From the NCBI GenBank assembly GCA_944349595.1, contig CALVNF010000003.1, positions 19,356 through 83,355 on the forward strand: 64,000 nucleotides of DNA, given 5' to 3'. Position numbers and translations under genes: made by a program. The notes under the pieces were generated by a model, which was given only the letters and a program-made list of their open reading frames with translations, was not told the DNA's origin and did no database searches. This stretch comes from an uncultured Bacilli bacterium. GTDB lineage: Bacteria; Bacillota_I; Bacilli_A; RFN20; CAG-826. Positions 10,084-19,793 of the stretch are shown one piece after another; within the stretch, counting starts at the first letter, position 1, and each line of letters starts with the position of its first letter.

Positions 10084-11484
10084 TTATTCAACAACAGCAC
10101 CAAGTGCACCAAGTAAATTGTTAATAGCTGCATCACCTGCTTCACTATCAACAGTTCCTGCTACACCAAATGTTGTTCCGAATGTTGTAATTTGATCCCA
10201 ACCAGTTTGAGCACTTAAAGCTTTAGCTTGTGAGTGAGCAAATTTTGATTGAGCAGCTAATGCTTGAGCAACTTCTGAAGATTGAACTTCTGGAAGAGTG
10301 CTAACATAGTTATTAGTAGGAATATATTGTCTTAAATTGAAGTGTAAAAGTTGAGATTTTGCACTTGTTAAATAATAAGATAATAAGTGAGCTGTATTTG
10401 GTCTTTCTGTATTTGATTTTACGATATAAACTTTATATCCATCAAAACCTTCTAATTGACCAGTTTTACCATCATAAGTTACAGTTGGAAGTGGTGCAAT
10501 ACCTACAGTTTCATTTGCTTCTTTTTCAGTAAATCCAGCATTAACCATTGCTGTTTTAATACCTTCATAGTTATTCCATGAAATACCACCAATAACAGTT
10601 TCATTAGCAAATCCATCTTGTAAGTTTGTTTGAATGGCAGAACCGTTACAAGATTCTAATGTTCCTTGCCAATCTGTAAAGTATTTATTAACTGTTTCAC
10701 CAACTTTAGTGATTCCTTCTTTTGTAAAATCAGAATCTTGTGCAAATGTGACAGTTGTAATACCAGTTACTGGATCAGTTTTCGATTCTGGCTCAATCCA
10801 CATATCACCGCCGGAAAGCCATAACCAACAACAAATATACCAACCTTCTTGCATTGGATAATAGAAATCTAAATTATTTTTTTTAGCAATTTCTAAAATT
10901 TTATCTAATGAACGAGCATCTTCATCAGAAACAAGTTTTTTGTTGTAAAGTAAAACTTGGGCGTTGCCACTAACTGCTGAATAACCATACATTTTGTCAG
11001 AAATCGTTGCAGCATCACTTGCAGTATCTAAAATTTCAGTTTTTAATTTACTTCTAAGTGATTCTGGAACTGGTGATAAGAAGTTACTTGAAATAGCATT
11101 CATAACTTGGTCATCTGCTGATAATGCAACATCTGGAGCTTCATCTAAATCAGCTTGTAATGCTTTATAAGCATCAGCTTCACCAACTTGGTTATTAATA
11201 GTAAATGTAACATCTTTTAATTCAGGAATATCTTTCTTAAATTCAGCAATTGCTTGATTTAAGAATGGTTCATCTTCAGTTGAACATCCAACTACTAATT
11301 CACCACTTTCTTTTGCTGCTTCTGAAACAAATGCGTTAATGACGTCATCTCTTTCAAATTCTACAACAGATGGTTCAAATCCACTTGTGGTACTTGTTTC
11401 ATCTGTTTCTCCACATGATGCGAGTCCTACACCGACGATTAGGACTAATGCACTTAAAACACTAAGTTTTCTTTTGTTTAACAT
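10084..11484 (-). CDS. Maltodextrin-binding lipoprotein (ABC substrate-binding protein, MalE-like)
   Basis: Track start is TTG at 11511. Better start is ATG 11484 (MLNKRKLSVLSALVLIVGVGLASCGET, lipobox LASC) preceded by GGGAGGAG. Family-1 substrate-binding protein located between the GH13 gene and malF. Confidence 0.8.
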   Translation of the reverse strand: MLNKRKLSVLSALVLIVGVGLASCGETDETSTTSGFEPSVVEFERDDVINAFVSEAAKESGELVVGCSTEDEPFLNQAIAEFKKDIPELKDVTFTINNQVGEADAYKALQADLDEAPDVALSADDQVMNAISSNFLSPVPESLRSKLKTEILDTASDAATISDKMYGYSAVSGNAQVLLYNKKLVSDEDARSLDKILEIAKKNNLDFYYPMQEGWYICCWLWLSGGDMWIEPESKTDPVTGITTVTFAQDSDFTKEGITKVGETVNKYFTDWQGTLESCNGSAIQTNLQDGFANETVIGGISWNNYEGIKTAMVNAGFTEKEANETVGIAPLPTVTYDGKTGQLEGFDGYKVYIVKSNTERPNTAHLLSYYLTSAKSQLLHFNLRQYIPTNNYVSTLPEVQSSEVAQALAAQSKFAHSQAKALSAQTGWDQITTFGTTFGVAGTVDSEAGDAAINNLLGALGAVVE

Positions 11485-11674
11485 TATTATAATTCTCCTC
11501 CCTAAAATCAATCTATATAAGATTGACTTACATAATGTTATTAATATTTTAGTGCATGATTATTAACTTGTAAACAAAAAAATGAAAGCGTTTTCAATTT
11601 TTTTAAAAATATTGCACATTACAAATTTAATATGTCTAAAAATTATAAATAAAACGTCAGTTTATAACAATTTA

Positions 11675-13378
11675 TTACTCTTTAATTATTATAAAACCTT
11701 CTTTAATAAATTTATTTTCTTGGAAATTAAATGATATTATTGGTTTTTTATTTAATTTGTCTAAACATACTTTTTCATTATTTGGATTAACTATTAGTTT
11801 ATATGCTTCTTCTTTATTATATCTAGTTAAAACAAATAAATTATTACTAAATTCGTATTTAACTTCACCAGATTTTAATACTTCATTATTTTTTCTAAAA
11901 TTGATTAATTTCTTAGTTAATTTTAATCTTTTAATATCCCAAGAATTTTCATCCCAGTTAAACATTTTTCGACATAATGGATCATAACCTCCATTTAATC
12001 CAACTTCACTTCCATAATATAAAAATGGCATTCCAATATTCATTATTAATATAGATAAAGCAATTAAATTCATATTAGGATTATTAGCTAATGTTTCAAA
12101 TCTATGTGTATCATGATTTTCAATTTGATTCATCATCATTATATTTGAATTTAATGTATAAGTTAAAAATCCATCTGTTAGTCTACTTGCAAATTCTTTA
12201 GCATCTATATCTTTATAAGCTAAAAAATGAACTAATGGTTCATAAAACTTATAATTCATAACACTATCTAGCATATCTCCTTGCGTATATCTATTGGCAA
12301 TTCTCCAGTTTTCTCCAATTATAATACAATTAGGATTTAATTTTTTAACTTCACTTCTTATTGCTCGATGTAATTTAAAACTTAATTCTTCACTAACATC
12401 TAATCTCCAACCATCTATATTAAATTTTTTAATATAATGAGTGACAACACTTGTTATATATTTAATTACATCATCATTTGAAGTATTTAATCTAGGCATA
12501 TTTTTTACATTTGCAAAGCACAAATAATTAATATTAACTGAATCAACCTTATCTCCATTAATCATGAACCAATTAAAATATTTTGATTTTTTACCATTTT
12601 TAATAACATCTTTAAATATTTTTGATTCACTAGATATATGATTAAATACCCCATCTAAAATAATTTTGATATTATTTTTGTGTAACTCATCGACTAATAA
12701 TTTAAAAGTCTTTTCATCTCCAAAATGAGGATCAATTTTAAAATAATCTAAAGTATCATATTTATGATTTGAATTTGATAAAAAAATCGGAGTTAAATAT
12801 AAACAATTAATTCCTAAATCTTTAAAATAGTCAATTTTATTTAATATGCCAATTAAATCTCCGCCTCCAAAACTATTAGATTTTGGATCTTGATTTGGTT
12901 TTAAATTGATATAACTTAAATCTTTTTTATAATTTCCAATATTAAATCTATCAGGGAATATTTGATAGCCAATTGTGTCTTTACACCATTTAATTTCTTT
13001 TAAATAATCACCTTCAAAATTTGCTTGATATTCAAATCTTGATAAATGAGATTTTGAATAATCATATTCTTTTTCAAAACCATTTTCTGAAAAATAATAT
13101 GATGTAAATCCATCACTTAAATAAAAAATATAACCAACTCGATTATCATTAACATCTTTATTAAATACATAATAATCAAATAAATTATCACTATATTTTT
13201 TAATCATTACTTCTTCATTTCTTTTTTCTTTTAAATGATGATCGTATTTAAAAGAATAAATAATTTTAACTTCTTTTAAATCATCTTTTTTAGCTCTTAA
13301 AATAACTGTTAAATTATATAAACTTGAAAAATATGCCATATTAGACATTGGTATATGTAAAATTGAATTTAAATCCAT
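11675..13378 (-). CDS. Cytoplasmic GH13 enzyme (neopullulanase / cyclomaltodextrinase / maltogenic amylase-like)
   Basis: 567 aa, no signal peptide. N-terminal domain plus GH13 blocks (GVFNH, GWRLDVSEEL, GENW, ENHDTHR). Paralog of the ORF at 20662-22356. Confidence 0.8.
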   Translation of the reverse strand: MDLNSILHIPMSNMAYFSSLYNLTVILRAKKDDLKEVKIIYSFKYDHHLKEKRNEEVMIKKYSDNLFDYYVFNKDVNDNRVGYIFYLSDGFTSYYFSENGFEKEYDYSKSHLSRFEYQANFEGDYLKEIKWCKDTIGYQIFPDRFNIGNYKKDLSYINLKPNQDPKSNSFGGGDLIGILNKIDYFKDLGINCLYLTPIFLSNSNHKYDTLDYFKIDPHFGDEKTFKLLVDELHKNNIKIILDGVFNHISSESKIFKDVIKNGKKSKYFNWFMINGDKVDSVNINYLCFANVKNMPRLNTSNDDVIKYITSVVTHYIKKFNIDGWRLDVSEELSFKLHRAIRSEVKKLNPNCIIIGENWRIANRYTQGDMLDSVMNYKFYEPLVHFLAYKDIDAKEFASRLTDGFLTYTLNSNIMMMNQIENHDTHRFETLANNPNMNLIALSILIMNIGMPFLYYGSEVGLNGGYDPLCRKMFNWDENSWDIKRLKLTKKLINFRKNNEVLKSGEVKYEFSNNLFVLTRYNKEEAYKLIVNPNNEKVCLDKLNKKPIISFNFQENKFIKEGFIIIKE

Positions 13379-13400
13379 AAATAAAACTCCTTAATAAAAT

Positions 13401-13428
13401 AAGTGAAGCGCAATATTACACTTCACTT
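13401..13428. other. Intergenic 8-bp-stem inverted repeat (AAGTGAAG-N12-CTTCACTT) between the pullulanase and GH13 genes
   Basis: Seen directly. No strong U-run follows on the minus strand. Possible attenuator or processing site, or a protein-binding site. Confidence 0.3.
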
Positions 13429-13474
13429 ATTCTACTATATATTTAATTAATAATTAAATTATTTATTTTTATTA

Positions 13475-16150
13475 TTATTTTGAAACAACAACAATTTGAC
13501 AAGATGATAATTTACTATTAGCAGATAATGTTAATGCATCTAAATTGTCAGCTAATACACTTGAATAACCTGATAAATCAATTGTCTTTTCACTAGCACT
13601 TCTTGACATAATAATGACTCTATATTCTTTATTATTATATTTTAAATTATAATCAATATAAGAATTATCACTATCATTAAAGCTAAGAGAAGCTTTAATA
13701 TCATCAGCATTATCTAATTGGAACATTTCATCATTAACTTTTAAAGAAATAAATTCTTTATATTGTTCCATAACACTTGGATAATCAATTAATCTTGAAT
13801 AATCAAGTTCATTAGTTTTATATGAAGATTCATAAGAATTACTATCTAAACTTCCATCATCTTTTACTTTGCTTCTTAAGAATTCTTCACCAGCTAACAT
13901 AAAGCTGACACCTTGAGATGTAAAGATAATACCATTACTTAATGTTGATAAATTTGATAATAACTCAATATTATCATCATTTGCCATTGCAACACTTAAT
14001 TGTAATTTATCAAATAATGTATTGTTATCATGAGCTGAAACATAGTTTACAGTCTTATTTGGATCACTTGTAAAGGATGCGGTTTTTCCTTGAATTGCAT
14101 CTTTAATACTACTTGGTAAACTACTTGTTAAACTTGTTGCCCAACCAGTTGTTAAAGAATCAAATACACTGCCTTTAATTCCATCTCTAACTTTATCATT
14201 AAATGCACCATAGCCATTAAATTTGCCTAAATTAGCTTGAAGTGCAGCATCAGTTGAAGCTAAGCCACTTGTTCCTGCATTCCATGGTTCTCCATAAACA
14301 ACAATATCAGGATTAATTGTTTTTAAATTAGCAACTAATTCATCCATTGTTTCAATATCATGAAGTCCCATTAAGTCAAATCTAAATCCACCTAATTTAT
14401 ATTCACTAGCCCAAAATTCTGTGGAATCTATCATAAATTTTCTAAACATTGGCATATCACTTGCTGTTTCATTACCACAACCAGAGCCATTTAAGACTTG
14501 ACCACTTGTACTATATCTAAAATAATATCCTGGAACTAAATAATTAAAGCTTGATGTTTCTAATGAATTAACATGGTTATAAACAACGTCCATAATAATA
14601 TTAATTCCAGCTTCATTATATTTCATAACTAAGTTTTTAAATTCTTTAATTCTAACGTATCCATCAAATGGATCAGAAGAATATGAACCTTCAATAACAT
14701 TATAATTTAAAGGATTATAACCCCAGTTAAATGATTTATTAACTTCGTCATTTGCTTGGTCAAATAAAGGAATAATTTGAACAGCATTGACACCTAATTC
14801 TTTAATATGGTCAAATCCTGTTTTAACAGTTACTTCATTTTCAGTGTATGTTGTTCCTTCTTCAGCCATACCATTAAATAATAAACGATTAGCTTCACTT
14901 CCAGTCCAAGATTCACTTGCAGTAACATCTGCAACATGAGTTTCATAAACTACTAATTCTGTATGTTTATATGGTTTAACGGTTACTTCATCCCAACCTT
15001 CTGGATTAGTTTTACTAAAGTCAACAATCATTCCTCTTAAGCCATTGACACCAGCTGATTTTGCATATGGATCAACTAATTCTTGGTTTGTATATTTAGA
15101 ATTTGTAACAACATATGTATAATATTGTCCTTCTAAATCACCTTCAACTTTAACTTCGTAGACACCTTTTTCTGTGAGTGTCATATCATATTCTTTTATA
15201 TAAGTATCACTACCTTTTGTAGCATCAACAGAGGTTGGAGTTCCATTTTCATATAATCTAAGTTTCATAGATTTACTACCAGGTGCCCAAACTTTAAATG
15301 TTGTTGATTCTTTTGAATAAATTGCACCTAATTCTCCATCATATGTGTAATTTTGATCAAATGAATCAGTTTTAAATAATGCATTTTTATCAACATCTGC
15401 AGTTAAAATAGTTCTACTTTCAAATGTAACTTCTACTTTATAATCTTTTATGAAATCTGGCTTTGCATCAAGATTAATTCTAATAGCATTTCTTGGTTCA
15501 GTTGTTAATTCAGCTATTTTTACATCATTTTCATATAATTTTACATCTGTAAAATTAGTATTTGTATTAAGAACAACTAAATCTTCTCTCATGAATCTAG
15601 CGCCTAAGATTGTATCTTGATATAAAGCATTAGTTGAATCATAAACGCCTTCCCAAGTAGAAATAATATAGACATGTTTTACTTCATTTTCATCAGCAGT
15701 AAAATCAGAAAATGCAAAGAATTGATCAGAGCCAACATCTTTATCTTCCCAAGTGTCTCCACCTTTTCTAACAATAAAGCCAACTCTATCTTCAAAACCA
15801 GTAATTTGACTTAATGGATAAGAAGCAATTGCACCAAATTCATCTTGGCCATTAAATGCAAAAGCAACACCATCTCCTAAGCCTTGATTTGAATCATCAA
15901 CAGCCCATAACCAAATATCCCAATCACTATAATCATTATCATCTCTATGATAATGGATTTGGAATGATGGTTCATCATAAACTGGTGGTTCTATAATTTC
16001 AATTGGTTTTGTATTAGTTGTGGTTGTTGTAGTTGTAGTTGTTGTAGTTGTAGTTGTATTACTACTTGTTTCATCTCCAGTAGGACCACAGCCGGTTAAT
16101 AAACCAACACCAAGAAACATACTACAAAATACTAAAATCGATTTTTTCAT
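13475..16150 (-). CDS. Type I pullulanase lipoprotein (GH13_14-like) with poly-Thr linker
   Basis: 891 aa. Signal peptide plus lipobox (LLTGCGPTG) and a T15 linker. Pullulanase signature YNWGYNP-like (NWGYNPLNYN). GH13 blocks: VYNHV, GFRFDLMG, YGEPW, VSAHDN. Confidence 0.85.
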   Translation of the reverse strand: MKKSILVFCSMFLGVGLLTGCGPTGDETSSNTTTTTTTTTTTTTTNTKPIEIIEPPVYDEPSFQIHYHRDDNDYSDWDIWLWAVDDSNQGLGDGVAFAFNGQDEFGAIASYPLSQITGFEDRVGFIVRKGGDTWEDKDVGSDQFFAFSDFTADENEVKHVYIISTWEGVYDSTNALYQDTILGARFMREDLVVLNTNTNFTDVKLYENDVKIAELTTEPRNAIRINLDAKPDFIKDYKVEVTFESRTILTADVDKNALFKTDSFDQNYTYDGELGAIYSKESTTFKVWAPGSKSMKLRLYENGTPTSVDATKGSDTYIKEYDMTLTEKGVYEVKVEGDLEGQYYTYVVTNSKYTNQELVDPYAKSAGVNGLRGMIVDFSKTNPEGWDEVTVKPYKHTELVVYETHVADVTASESWTGSEANRLLFNGMAEEGTTYTENEVTVKTGFDHIKELGVNAVQIIPLFDQANDEVNKSFNWGYNPLNYNVIEGSYSSDPFDGYVRIKEFKNLVMKYNEAGINIIMDVVYNHVNSLETSSFNYLVPGYYFRYSTSGQVLNGSGCGNETASDMPMFRKFMIDSTEFWASEYKLGGFRFDLMGLHDIETMDELVANLKTINPDIVVYGEPWNAGTSGLASTDAALQANLGKFNGYGAFNDKVRDGIKGSVFDSLTTGWATSLTSSLPSSIKDAIQGKTASFTSDPNKTVNYVSAHDNNTLFDKLQLSVAMANDDNIELLSNLSTLSNGIIFTSQGVSFMLAGEEFLRSKVKDDGSLDSNSYESSYKTNELDYSRLIDYPSVMEQYKEFISLKVNDEMFQLDNADDIKASLSFNDSDNSYIDYNLKYNNKEYRVIIMSRSASEKTIDLSGYSSVLADNLDALTLSANSKLSSCQIVVVSK
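16015..16057. repeat. (GTT GTA/GTG)n trinucleotide repeat encoding the poly-Thr linker of the pullulanase lipoprotein
   Basis: Seen directly. In-frame simple-sequence repeat. Its reverse complement produces the spurious poly-Val ORF at 16020-16205. Confidence 0.8.
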
Positions 16151-16197
16151 ATTTTCTCCTTTTTATTGTGTGATTATTTTTGTATTTATTATTATTT

Positions 16198-17310
16198 TTA
16201 TTTAATTCTTTCTTCTGTTTCAGGATCAAAGAATAAAATTTTCTTAGTATCAAATCTCATTACAACGTGTTGATGTAATGCAATTTGTTTTTCAGCAGAG
16301 AATTTAGCAACTAAATCATCGCCACCAAAATCAGCATGAATATAATATTCATGGCCTAATAATTCAGCGACTTTAACTTCTACATCAAAGCTACCATTTT
16401 CAACTTTATCACTTTGATGGACATCTTCTGGTCTAATTCCAATTATCACATCACTTGGAATATCTCTACCTTTAATTAATTCTTCTGGTAAAACTAATTT
16501 ATGACCATCAGAGAATGTAATTGTTCCCTTATCATATTTAACTCTAAAGAAATTCATACTTGGGGAGCCAATAAATCCTGCGACAAATAAATTATTTGGT
16601 TTATTATAAATTTCAATTGGAGTTCCAATTTGTTGAACTTTACCTTTGGACATAACAACAATTCTTGATGCCATTGTCATAGCTTCAGTTTGGTCATGAG
16701 TAACATAAATTGTTGTTGCACCTAAAGAATCATGAAGTTTAATAATTTCAGATCTCATTTGAACTCTTAATTTAGCATCTAAGTTACTTAAAGGTTCATC
16801 CATTAAGAAGACTTTTGCATTTCTAACAATTGCTCTTCCTAATGCGACTCTTTGTCTTTGACCACCTGATAAGGCTCTTGGTTTTCTATCTAAATATTCT
16901 TCAATTTGTAAAATTCTTGCAGCTTCGTTAACTCTACGGTCAATTTCAGTTTTTGGCATATGTCTAATTTTTAAACCAAATGCCATATTATCATATACTG
17001 ACATATGTGGATATAATGCATAACTTTGGAAAACCATTGCAATATCACGGTCTTTTGGAGATTTATCATTACATAATTCTCCATCAATGTATAATTCACC
17101 ATTTGTAATTTCTTCAAGACCAGCAATCATTCTTAAGGTTGTTGATTTACCACAACCAGATGGTCCAACTAAGACAATGAATTCGTGTTTTTTAATATCT
17201 AAATTAAAATCAAAGACTGCTTGTACGTTATTGTCATAAACTTTATCAATATGTTTAAGACTAACGTAAGGTCTTTCTGTTGCTTCTTGTGTAAGTTTTT
17301 CTTTAGCCAT
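16198..17310 (-). CDS. Sugar ABC transporter ATP-binding protein (MalK/MsmK type)
   Basis: 370 aa. Walker [10 protein letters not shown], signature LSGGQRQR, Walker [12 protein letters not shown]-terminal TOBE-like regulatory domain. Confidence 0.9.
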   Translation of the reverse strand: MAKEKLTQEATERPYVSLKHIDKVYDNNVQAVFDFNLDIKKHEFIVLVGPSGCGKSTTLRMIAGLEEITNGELYIDGELCNDKSPKDRDIAMVFQSYALYPHMSVYDNMAFGLKIRHMPKTEIDRRVNEAARILQIEEYLDRKPRALSGGQRQRVALGRAIVRNAKVFLMDEPLSNLDAKLRVQMRSEIIKLHDSLGATTIYVTHDQTEAMTMASRIVVMSKGKVQQIGTPIEIYNKPNNLFVAGFIGSPSMNFFRVKYDKGTITFSDGHKLVLPEELIKGRDIPSDVIIGIRPEDVHQSDKVENGSFDVEVKVAELLGHEYYIHADFGGDDLVAKFSAEKQIALHQHVVMRFDTKKILFFDPETEERIK

Positions 17311-17367
17311 AAAAAATAACTCCTTTAAATAGTTAATAATATTAAATCATATTTAATTGTATATTAT

Positions 17368-17384
17368 TTGTGCATCATGCACAA
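17368..17384. promoter_or_regulatory. Perfect 17-bp palindrome TTGTGCAT-C-ATGCACAA between the regulator gene and malK (candidate operator)
   Basis: Seen directly. About 60 nt upstream of the malK ATG. The loop is too small for a terminator hairpin, so a dimeric-regulator binding site is more likely. Confidence 0.4.
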
Positions 17385-17390
17385 TTATAT

Positions 17391-17978
17391 TTAATTATTT
17401 GAGTTAAATTTTAAATATAAATCAAAAATTAAAGCATTTTTATAATTTTTAATATCTAATTTAGTTATATCTTTAAACTTATTTAATCGATAATCAAACG
17501 TATTTCTATGTACATATAAATATTTTGAAGCTAAAACACTATTCATATTTGCCTTTAAATAATATTTAGCAGTATTTAATAAATCTTTATCACATTGATT
17601 AAATAATTTAATTAATTCATCAGATAATATGTATATCTTATTTATATATGAATCAAAAATAACTTCATCTAAAGAATATAGACCACTTTTTCTTTTATCT
17701 ATTAAATAATTTAATGCTAAATAAGAAATATTATTTAAATCAAAAGTCTCTAAAAAAATAAGATTAATATTTAAATCATTTAATAAAACATTTTGAATAA
17801 TATCCAATCTAAAATAAAAATTTTCATCAGCCATTATAATTCCTGAATTGTTATTTTCGTATTCAATATCTAAATAATAAGAATACAAATTTCTAATTAT
17901 TTCATCAAATTCAGTCTTATTTAATTTTTGATAAGAATGAAATAAATAATACTTAATCATATAAAATATTTTAAACAA
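17391..17978 (-). CDS. Putative transcriptional regulator with C-terminal PucR/CdaR-type HTH
   Basis: 195 aa. C-terminal VLASKYLYVHRNTFDYRLNKFKDITKLD resembles the PucR-family HTH. Sits at the head of the minus-strand mal locus. Confidence 0.45.
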   Translation of the reverse strand: MFKIFYMIKYYLFHSYQKLNKTEFDEIIRNLYSYYLDIEYENNNSGIIMADENFYFRLDIIQNVLLNDLNINLIFLETFDLNNISYLALNYLIDKRKSGLYSLDEVIFDSYINKIYILSDELIKLFNQCDKDLLNTAKYYLKANMNSVLASKYLYVHRNTFDYRLNKFKDITKLDIKNYKNALIFDLYLKFNSNN

Positions 17979-18100
17979 TAAAAAATATTTTTAAAAATTT
18001 TTTAGTTAAATTTTTCTTAAAAATTCAATAATTTAGTTAAAATATTTTAATTTTGCAAACTTTTTTAAAAAGGCCTAAGTTAAAAAAATATTTGTTTTAT

Positions 18101-18168
18101 TTAAGCGTTTAAATTAATGTTGTTTGGCCGTAATTTTAGGCGTATTATATTAATATAAACGTTTAAAC
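18101..18168 (+). promoter_or_regulatory. Promoter/operator region of the 516-aa lipoprotein gene: TTAAGCGTTTAAATT (18101-18115) and palindrome TAAACGTTTAAAC (18156-18168), with a TATTAT -10-like box at 18143-18148
   Basis: Seen directly. The perfect palindrome lies 12 nt upstream of the AGGAGG RBS. AACGTT-centred palindromes are typical of LacI-family operators. Confidence 0.35.
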
Positions 18169-18179
18169 AGGAGGATTTT

Positions 18180-19730
18180 ATGAAAAAGTTTAAAGGTTAT
18201 GGCTTTACATTGTGTGTAACCGCTTTCTTACTCGTTGGTTTAGTAGGTTGCGATGACACACAAACATCAACTACTACTACCCAAGAAGAATCTACAACTT
18301 ATAAAGTAGAATTTATGGATGGTAATACAGTACTTCATACAGAACAAGTCGAAGAAGGAGATAAAGTTGCAGAATATACTCCAAATGTCGATGGAAAAGA
18401 ATTTTTAGGTTGGTATATTGAACCTACTTTTGTTCACGAATTTGATTTTAATGTTGCAATTACAAAAGATACTCAAATTTTTGGAAGTTTTGTAACATAT
18501 CAAGAAGATACAAGAACATGGCAAATTTTAGGTGCTGGTAAATCTAATTTATTAAGAAAATCAAATTGGGGTGCTGGAAATACTGAAGAACATTTATTAA
18601 CAAAACAAGATGTTGCAAATAAAAATGTATTTAAAATTACAACAGATTTATATGTTAATGATGAATTCCAATTTGCAATTGATAAATCATGGCACAACCA
18701 AAGAGGTAATGGTTATTTAATTACTACTACCGATGCTGATGGAGAAGAATGTTTCTCAAAACCAAGCTCAATTTATGATACTGGTGCTAAAAAATCAAAT
18801 ATTAAAGTACTAAAAGATGGAAATTACACATTAACTTTAACAACATATCCAGCTCAAGATTATTATGACGAAGAAGCTCAAGGATATGATGAAGCTAATA
18901 AAGAAGCATTTAATTTCTCTGATGTTGATACAATTACATTTGTAAGAAATGGTGATCCAATTGAAACACTTCCAGAAAGTGAAACAAACTATTACATTAA
19001 AGGTAATAAAATTACTCACTGGGTTGATGATTATAACGCAGAAAAAATGTTCACAGTAAGTGAAGATGATCCAACAATTCACACATTATCAATTTATATT
19101 GAAGCTGGTGATGAATATATGTTTACATCAAGAGTCACTTCTTCTGATCCAAGTGAACAACCAACAGCTGGTAATGTTTATATTAGATATTCAAATATTA
19201 AAGATGAAGAAAGCTTAAAATTAGTTACAGGTACCGCTGGACAAAATATTGTTAGTTCTAAATCTGGTAAGCATACATTTACATATGATGAAGAAACTCA
19301 AGAATTAACAGTAAGTGTTGATGAATCTGCAAAAATTACACCAGTTGATGTTTACTTAAAAGGTTCAATGAACGGCATGAATTGGAATAATCAAGAATTT
19401 ACTGATGATTGGAAATTAACTCCAGTTGATGAAACTTACACCTACACAATTACAAAAGAATTAGCAGTTGGTGATGAATTTGGTTTCTCAACATGGGTTG
19501 TTGGAACAACTTCTGAAACAATGAATGATGAAGGAAATAGACTTGATTTCTTAAACTTTGCAAGATTACAAGGTGCTTATGCTACAAAAGAAAATGAAGC
19601 AGTTGATAGAACAGAATTAACTGAAGCACAAGAAGGAAAAGTTTCTTCTAACATTAAATGTGTAAAAGCTGGAACATATACATTTGTATATGACCAATAT
19701 TCAAATTCAATTTCTTATACAATTGCTTAA
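18180..19730 (+). CDS. Surface lipoprotein with N-terminal Listeria-Bacteroides (Flg_new-like) repeat; function unknown (possibly glycan binding)
   Basis: 516 aa. Lipobox VGLVGCDD followed by a T/S-rich linker. The Flg_new-like block YKVEFMDGNTVL...GWYIEPTF...IFGSF is present. Confidence 0.55.
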   Translation: MKKFKGYGFTLCVTAFLLVGLVGCDDTQTSTTTTQEESTTYKVEFMDGNTVLHTEQVEEGDKVAEYTPNVDGKEFLGWYIEPTFVHEFDFNVAITKDTQIFGSFVTYQEDTRTWQILGAGKSNLLRKSNWGAGNTEEHLLTKQDVANKNVFKITTDLYVNDEFQFAIDKSWHNQRGNGYLITTTDADGEECFSKPSSIYDTGAKKSNIKVLKDGNYTLTLTTYPAQDYYDEEAQGYDEANKEAFNFSDVDTITFVRNGDPIETLPESETNYYIKGNKITHWVDDYNAEKMFTVSEDDPTIHTLSIYIEAGDEYMFTSRVTSSDPSEQPTAGNVYIRYSNIKDEESLKLVTGTAGQNIVSSKSGKHTFTYDEETQELTVSVDESAKITPVDVYLKGSMNGMNWNNQEFTDDWKLTPVDETYTYTITKELAVGDEFGFSTWVVGTTSETMNDEGNRLDFLNFARLQGAYATKENEAVDRTELTEAQEGKVSSNIKCVKAGTYTFVYDQYSNSISYTIA

Positions 19731-19737
19731 TATATAA

Positions 19738-19785
19738 AAACAAAGGAGTTAAATTATCCCCTTTCTAATTTAAACTCCTTTGTTT
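19738..19785. terminator. Bidirectional intrinsic terminator between the convergent lipoprotein gene and the LacI-like gene
   Basis: 13-bp stem AAACAAAGGAGTT / AACTCCTTTGTTT with T/A runs on both sides. Confidence 0.6.
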
Positions 19786-19793
19786 AAAAATAA

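Noticed and set aside
10634-10861. Other short antisense ORFs in the track (10634-10861, 11339-11566, 11757-11987, 18500-18697, 18837-19082, 22205-22510, 22955-23194, 23605-23820, 26200-26403, 29800-30066, 34164-34394, 36166-36402, 39988-40221, 40671-40979, 42341-42532, 42871-43256, 46509-46715, 48443-48685, 51623-51817, 53437-53673, 55242-55454, 62490-62765, 5580-6029, 8556-8792)
   Set aside because: All overlap longer genes with clear homology on the opposite strand or in another frame. In an AT-rich genome short ORFs are abundant, and none has a convincing RBS or a conserved motif.
11594-11607. Weak hairpin (TGAAA-gcgt-TTTCA plus T-run) between the GH13 and substrate-binding-protein genes as an intra-operon terminator
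   Set aside because: The stem is only 5 bp, which is too weak to call. It may act as a minor attenuator at most.
16020-16205. Plus-strand poly-Val ORF (MVVVVVVVVVVVV...)
   Set aside because: It is the complement of the in-frame poly-Thr linker repeat of the pullulanase gene and has no independent signals.
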